From IMG/VR virus record IMGVR_UViG_3300034073_002480, positions 64,001 through 128,000 of that record: a stretch of 64,000 nucleotides of DNA. The stretch is one strand, 5' to 3'. The translations under genes were made by a program, and so were the position numbers. Positions 60,695 to 64,000 of the stretch are shown here, piece after piece (position 1 is the stretch's first letter; each line of letters begins with the position of its first letter). The notes under the pieces were generated by a model, which ran no database searches, was not told the DNA's origin, and saw nothing but the letters and a program-made list of their open reading frames with translations. This stretch comes from a virus.

Positions 60695-61099
60695 TCAACT
60701 TAAAGTAAGTTTTGCCCAGTTGTCTAGTAAACCATTTTGTTGAGCTTTCACTAAAATAGCTGCTTGTGTAGTTGCAGTGATTGCAATGTTTTTCTGTTTA
60801 AGTTCAGTAATTGTTTCATCTAAATCTCCAAGTGAAACAGATTGTTCCACAAGAAAACCGAAATCAGCGCAATAACTACCTTGAGGTAAATCCAAAGCTT
60901 CGTCAAAACCGTGTTTAGTAGAATCCCAAACTGTAACCTTTTGCTTCACAAAAGGTAGTTCTAAAGATATAAGCTCAGCATCTGTTAAATCAGCCATAGA
61001 ACGTAAAAGAGAAGCAAGGTTGGAGGCAACAGGTGATTTTACGTTAGAAGCTAACTCAGCCCACTCTGTAAGCTCTGCTGACATAATGTTTGGTTTCAT
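60695..61099 (-). CDS. Hypothetical protein
   Basis: 134 aa ORF with AAGGA RBS upstream. Confidence 0.7.
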   Translation of the reverse strand: MKPNIMSAELTEWAELASNVKSPVASNLASLLRSMADLTDAELISLELPFVKQKVTVWDSTKHGFDEALDLPQGSYCADFGFLVEQSVSLGDLDETITELKQKNIAITATTQAAILVKAQQNGLLDNWAKLTLS

Positions 61100-61214
61100 G
61101 TTTACTCATCCTTATTTATATTGCTAAACACTTCAATTGTCTGTCCCAATACTAGAATAATTAAAGGACTACACACAAACAAAGTTACTAAAACGACTAA
61201 AGTTGTCATTACCT

Positions 61215-61531
61215 TGTTTTTGTTTTGCTGGACTACCCCTATCCCTGCTGTTGTTGTAGCAAGTTACCGACTTTGGCACGGTTACAGATAACTCAATTCT
61301 GTAGTTAGGTTACAGCAATCTCTTAGTTCGCAGCTACTTTAGCTTTGACAGGTCGTAAGCAGTGACAAGCGAAGACGCTGTGTGATTTACAACCGTGAGA
61401 TCCGAAAGAACTACTTACCACTCGCTGTATGACAGCCACCTGTAACTCTTTAACAGGTCGGTATTGAGGGTTGGCGCGTTACCGCTACCTTTCACCCGTT
61501 GGGCTTTGCTCTTTGCTTGCCCTCTCTCGAT
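61215..61531 (-). ncRNA. Candidate highly structured ncRNA or 5' leader (~320 nt)
   Basis: No listed ORF, locally GC-richer; nested stems TACCGAC/GTCGGTA (61265/61457) and CACGGTT/AACCGTG (61277/61391); several hairpins including GCG-GTAA-CGC; own promoter. Confidence 0.6.
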
Positions 61532-61537
61532 GTAACT

Positions 61538-61566
61538 AATATAAACTGATGACTAGAGAATAGCAA
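61538..61566 (-). promoter_or_regulatory. sigma70-type promoter TTGCTA-N17-TATATT
   Basis: Plus strand tagcaa at 61561-61566 and aatata at 61538-61543; predicted TSS near 61531. Confidence 0.7.
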
Positions 61567-61728
61567 GCATTTTGTTAATACTGTAATAATTAGAAATGTT
61601 TGGTAATTTTTACTTATGATTGCAAGAAATTTTAGGGATTTTAGTAATGATTTTTGGGCTTTCAGCGCTTTGTAAATTCAAAATGATCTCTTATATATAG
61701 ATATGCAAACAACAGCCTAGCAAGCAAT

Positions 61729-61761
61729 AAAAAAGCGCTTTACATTCAATCGTAAAGCGCT
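61729..61761 (-). terminator. Intrinsic terminator
   Basis: Perfect 10-bp stem AGCGCTTTAC/GTAAAGCGCT followed by a T run. Confidence 0.85.
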
Positions 61762-61785
61762 CGATCATCTATATATAGTGCAAAA

Positions 61786-62175
61786 TCAAACAGGCAAAGA
61801 AACTCGTTTAATTTTCCCTAAAAAGTCAGTTTGTGCCTGAGCAGCTATATTTTGATAAACTGCTTGTTGTTGTTTTTCAATTTCTGCCAGAACTGCATCT
61901 AAACCACGTTCTAGAGCAGCTAATCTTCTCTGTTTTGTTCGTTCTGACTGGTTATGTCGTTCAATGGCAGCAGCTTGTTGTGCTGCTTTTGCAACAGCAA
62001 GGTCAGCATAGAACTTGCAAACACGGTTGTGAAATGTAGCACGACCTCGATCTGCTAGATTGTGAGGGACAGTGTACCACAACAACACACGACCACTACG
62101 TTTTACTACCAAAGCAAACTCTACAACGTTTGCAGACTTTGTTTCGTGTAGAACGTGATACTTAGATACTTGCAT
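61786..62175 (-). CDS. Hypothetical coiled-coil protein (start at MQVSKY)
   Basis: ATG 62175 overlaps the end of the HicB-like gene. Confidence 0.65.
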   Translation of the reverse strand: MQVSKYHVLHETKSANVVEFALVVKRSGRVLLWYTVPHNLADRGRATFHNRVCKFYADLAVAKAAQQAAAIERHNQSERTKQRRLAALERGLDAVLAEIEKQQQAVYQNIAAQAQTDFLGKIKRVSLPV

Positions 62176-62422
62176 TTTTAAACTCCACATAATCATCAAC
62201 AGCGTTTTCAAAATCAACTTGTAGTTGGTCAGGATCATAGCCTTGAAAAGTAATAATGTCAGTAGTATTTAACAACCGACCGTAGTATAAACCTGTTTCA
62301 GGGTAGTATTCATAGTGACCTACCCAACCTTTATAACTACTTGTGACCACGTTCAGCCTCCCTGAAGTAAATGACAAGAAAAACACAAACAAGCAGAAAT
62401 ATAACAGTCTCAAGGGAGACAC
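62162..62422 (-). CDS. Orphan HicB-like antitoxin (N-terminal domain only; start possibly GTG near 62350)
   Basis: YKGWVGHYEY..ETGLYYGRLLNTTDIITFQG.....LQVDFENAVDDYVEF is the HicB pattern; no HicA, no DNA-binding tail. Confidence 0.8.
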   Translation of the reverse strand: MSPLRLLYFCLFVFFLSFTSGRLNVVTSSYKGWVGHYEYYPETGLYYGRLLNTTDIITFQGYDPDQLQVDFENAVDDYVEFKNASI

Positions 62423-62448
62423 AAAATATATGCCGTAGAAAAGAGGTA

Positions 62449-63621
62449 TCAGATAAAATCATAATCTATAGCTTGCACAGTATAAGTAGGATTATCATCA
62501 CAAACACCGAACCATTGCCAGCTAACTGCACGAATCCGAAGGCTTATCTTATGTACAAGAGCGTACATATTTTCTACCTCTTCATGAAAATCATCTGGTG
62601 TCATGTCAATCAGCAAAGCAGGATCTATATTCAGTCTGATTGATGGTACAGCTTTTTTGAATCCACAAACCGCAGACATAATAGTGTCTAGTTCGAGAGG
62701 TAGAGAGAACAAGATATCGTCATTTGGTTGTTGTACAAATGCAGTTGCATATTGACCATCAGGGAACTTTGCTTGATGTACACCTGTGTAGCTAAATTCA
62801 AGCTCTGGGTATTGTTCCTTACCTAACTCTATATCACTGTAGCAGCTACCGTCTTTAGGCACAACAACAGTAAACTGTAGATGAAACAAATGCTTATAGT
62901 TAGGTCGGGGATCTGGTATAAGTGTGAAACGGTTGTCAATCATAGTTTATGTGTTCCATTTGTTTGTTATAGGAGTGTGTTGTGTATTTTGGTCACTCCT
63001 CACGATGTCCTGCTGTAAAAACAAGACACCGTAAGGAAAGATCAAATTTCTGGTAGATACTTTGACTCAATATAATCTGCTGGTATTACACAAGGATAAG
63101 GTACATGGAACTCAATACCTGTTATATCTTTGTATCTTGAACCTCCATATCTTTGCACAATGATTTGAGAATCTTGTAGAAATGGAAAGTCTTTCTTGGC
63201 AACAGTGACCAACTCCTGAATAGCAGATATATTTTTACCATAGTGGTCAGGTAAAATAGCTGCGTTGTTGTTGTAGCATATAAGTTTTTTCATATCAAAA
63301 CTTAGGTTGTTTTATATAATCTAAACGTTCAAAAAAAGAAGCTTCAATTGTAGTCAATTCTTGTAGACGTTCATCTAAAGTTTCTTGTAATAGATAAACT
63401 TCTTTATTAGAATCTCTGAAACCTAACCACCAACCAAGATGACTTTTTGTTAAAACAACATTACTATCTGTGATATTGCGGTCAAACCAAAATTGTAGTA
63501 AAAAAGCTTCAGTAGGATCTAAATCTTGAATAGCGAAATCATCATCTCCAATACGAATTGCTGTGTAGTTACGATTGTCAGCAACAACAACTCGGAAAAA
63601 TTTTAGATTTGGGGTATCCAT
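62449..63621 (-). other. Three hypothetical CDS (62449..62943, 63042..63293, 63295..63621)
   Basis: Minus-strand ORFs of 164, 83 and 108 aa. Confidence 0.65.
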
Positions 63622-64000
63622 ATAAAACCTCTATTGATTAGTAACAGTAAAGCATAATCAACATAGAAAAGAAAGCAAAAGACATAAAAGTTAACAATGT
63701 CCAAACCCGATTATTTCAGGTTTATATCTGTTTAATTTCAGTCTAAAACTCTTCATCGTAGTCAGGCAGGTATAAATCATCCTCTTTATCTACAGATGGC
63801 AACTCATAAGTACCATTAAAAATCTGCGATAGTAAGTTTTTAGCTTCCTCTGCCCATGATAGACCCTCAAGACCTACAGAGTAACCTTCAACAATTAGAT
63901 CAGAGGTTTCCGCTTTTTCAAGTAGTTTGTTGTCAATAAATTTATCTACATCTGTGTGAGAAATCCAGTAGGAAGTTACAGGATTTTTCTGCCCTTGTCT

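Larger units (their letters stand above)
1278..62446. repeat. Dispersed motif CCRTAGAA(R)5-8, consensus CCRTAGAARAGAAGG
   Basis: About 35 plus-strand and about 25 minus-strand copies counted by eye, e.g. 20862, 24736, 37365, 51939, 53693 (+); 2275, 34111, 59414, 60334 (-). Confidence 0.9.

Noticed and set aside
61465-61525. c-di-GMP-I riboswitch, tmRNA or RNase P identity for the structured RNA
   Set aside because: GGCAA/GCAAAGCC is only superficially similar to the riboswitch; tmRNA tRNA-like ends and the RNase P GAGGAAAGTCC motif are absent.
61545-61570. Hammerhead-like CTGATGA core on the plus strand
   Set aside because: It is not followed by the required GAAA after stem II, and it lies in the spacer of the minus-strand promoter.
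1278-62446. Dispersed CCRTAGAA motif as a phage promoter, RBS or cyanobacterial HIP1
   Set aside because: It occurs in both orientations and mostly mid-gene, with no fixed distance to start codons, and is unrelated to the HIP1 palindrome GCGATCGC.
1491-62643. Numerous 60-136 aa plus-strand ORFs (e.g. 15043..15417, 19530..19850, 43423..43728, 44990..45400, 48325..48651)
   Set aside because: They are antisense shadows of well-supported minus-strand genes, with no motifs; only 2296..2550 and 40082..40879 are credible.

Overview
This 64 kb window is part of a large, AT-rich dsDNA bacteriophage genome (non-structural early/middle region). Almost every gene is on the minus strand, densely packed, with host-type sigma70 promoters and intrinsic terminators; no virion genes are recognisable. 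The SSB resembles cyanobacterial homologues, which suggests a cyanophage (inference). Recognisable modules: nucleotide metabolism (ThyX-like, dUTPase, NrdA/NrdB); replication and recombination (family A polymerase, primase, AAA_25 helicase, PD-(D/E)XK exonuclease, SSB, Sak4-like ATPase); an RNA/tRNA repair set (two RNA ligases, P-loop kinase, phosphoesterase, CCA-type and RlaP-type nucleotidyltransferases, Thg1, YqeY, one tRNA-CAU); and counter-defence candidates (Tad1-like sponge, orphan HigA and HicB antitoxins, DNA methylase, apparent fragments of defence proteins). Highlights: (1) a four-gene ubiquitin-like conjugation operon (Ubl ending GRLG, JAB, E2, E1) at 40888-43782; (2) a dispersed ~15-bp motif CCRTAGAA(R)n, about 60 copies counted by eye, on both strands and mostly inside genes; (3) three structured non-coding regions (~30120-30340, 43780-44420, 61210-61531). 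All family assignments come from motif recognition by eye; no searches were run.
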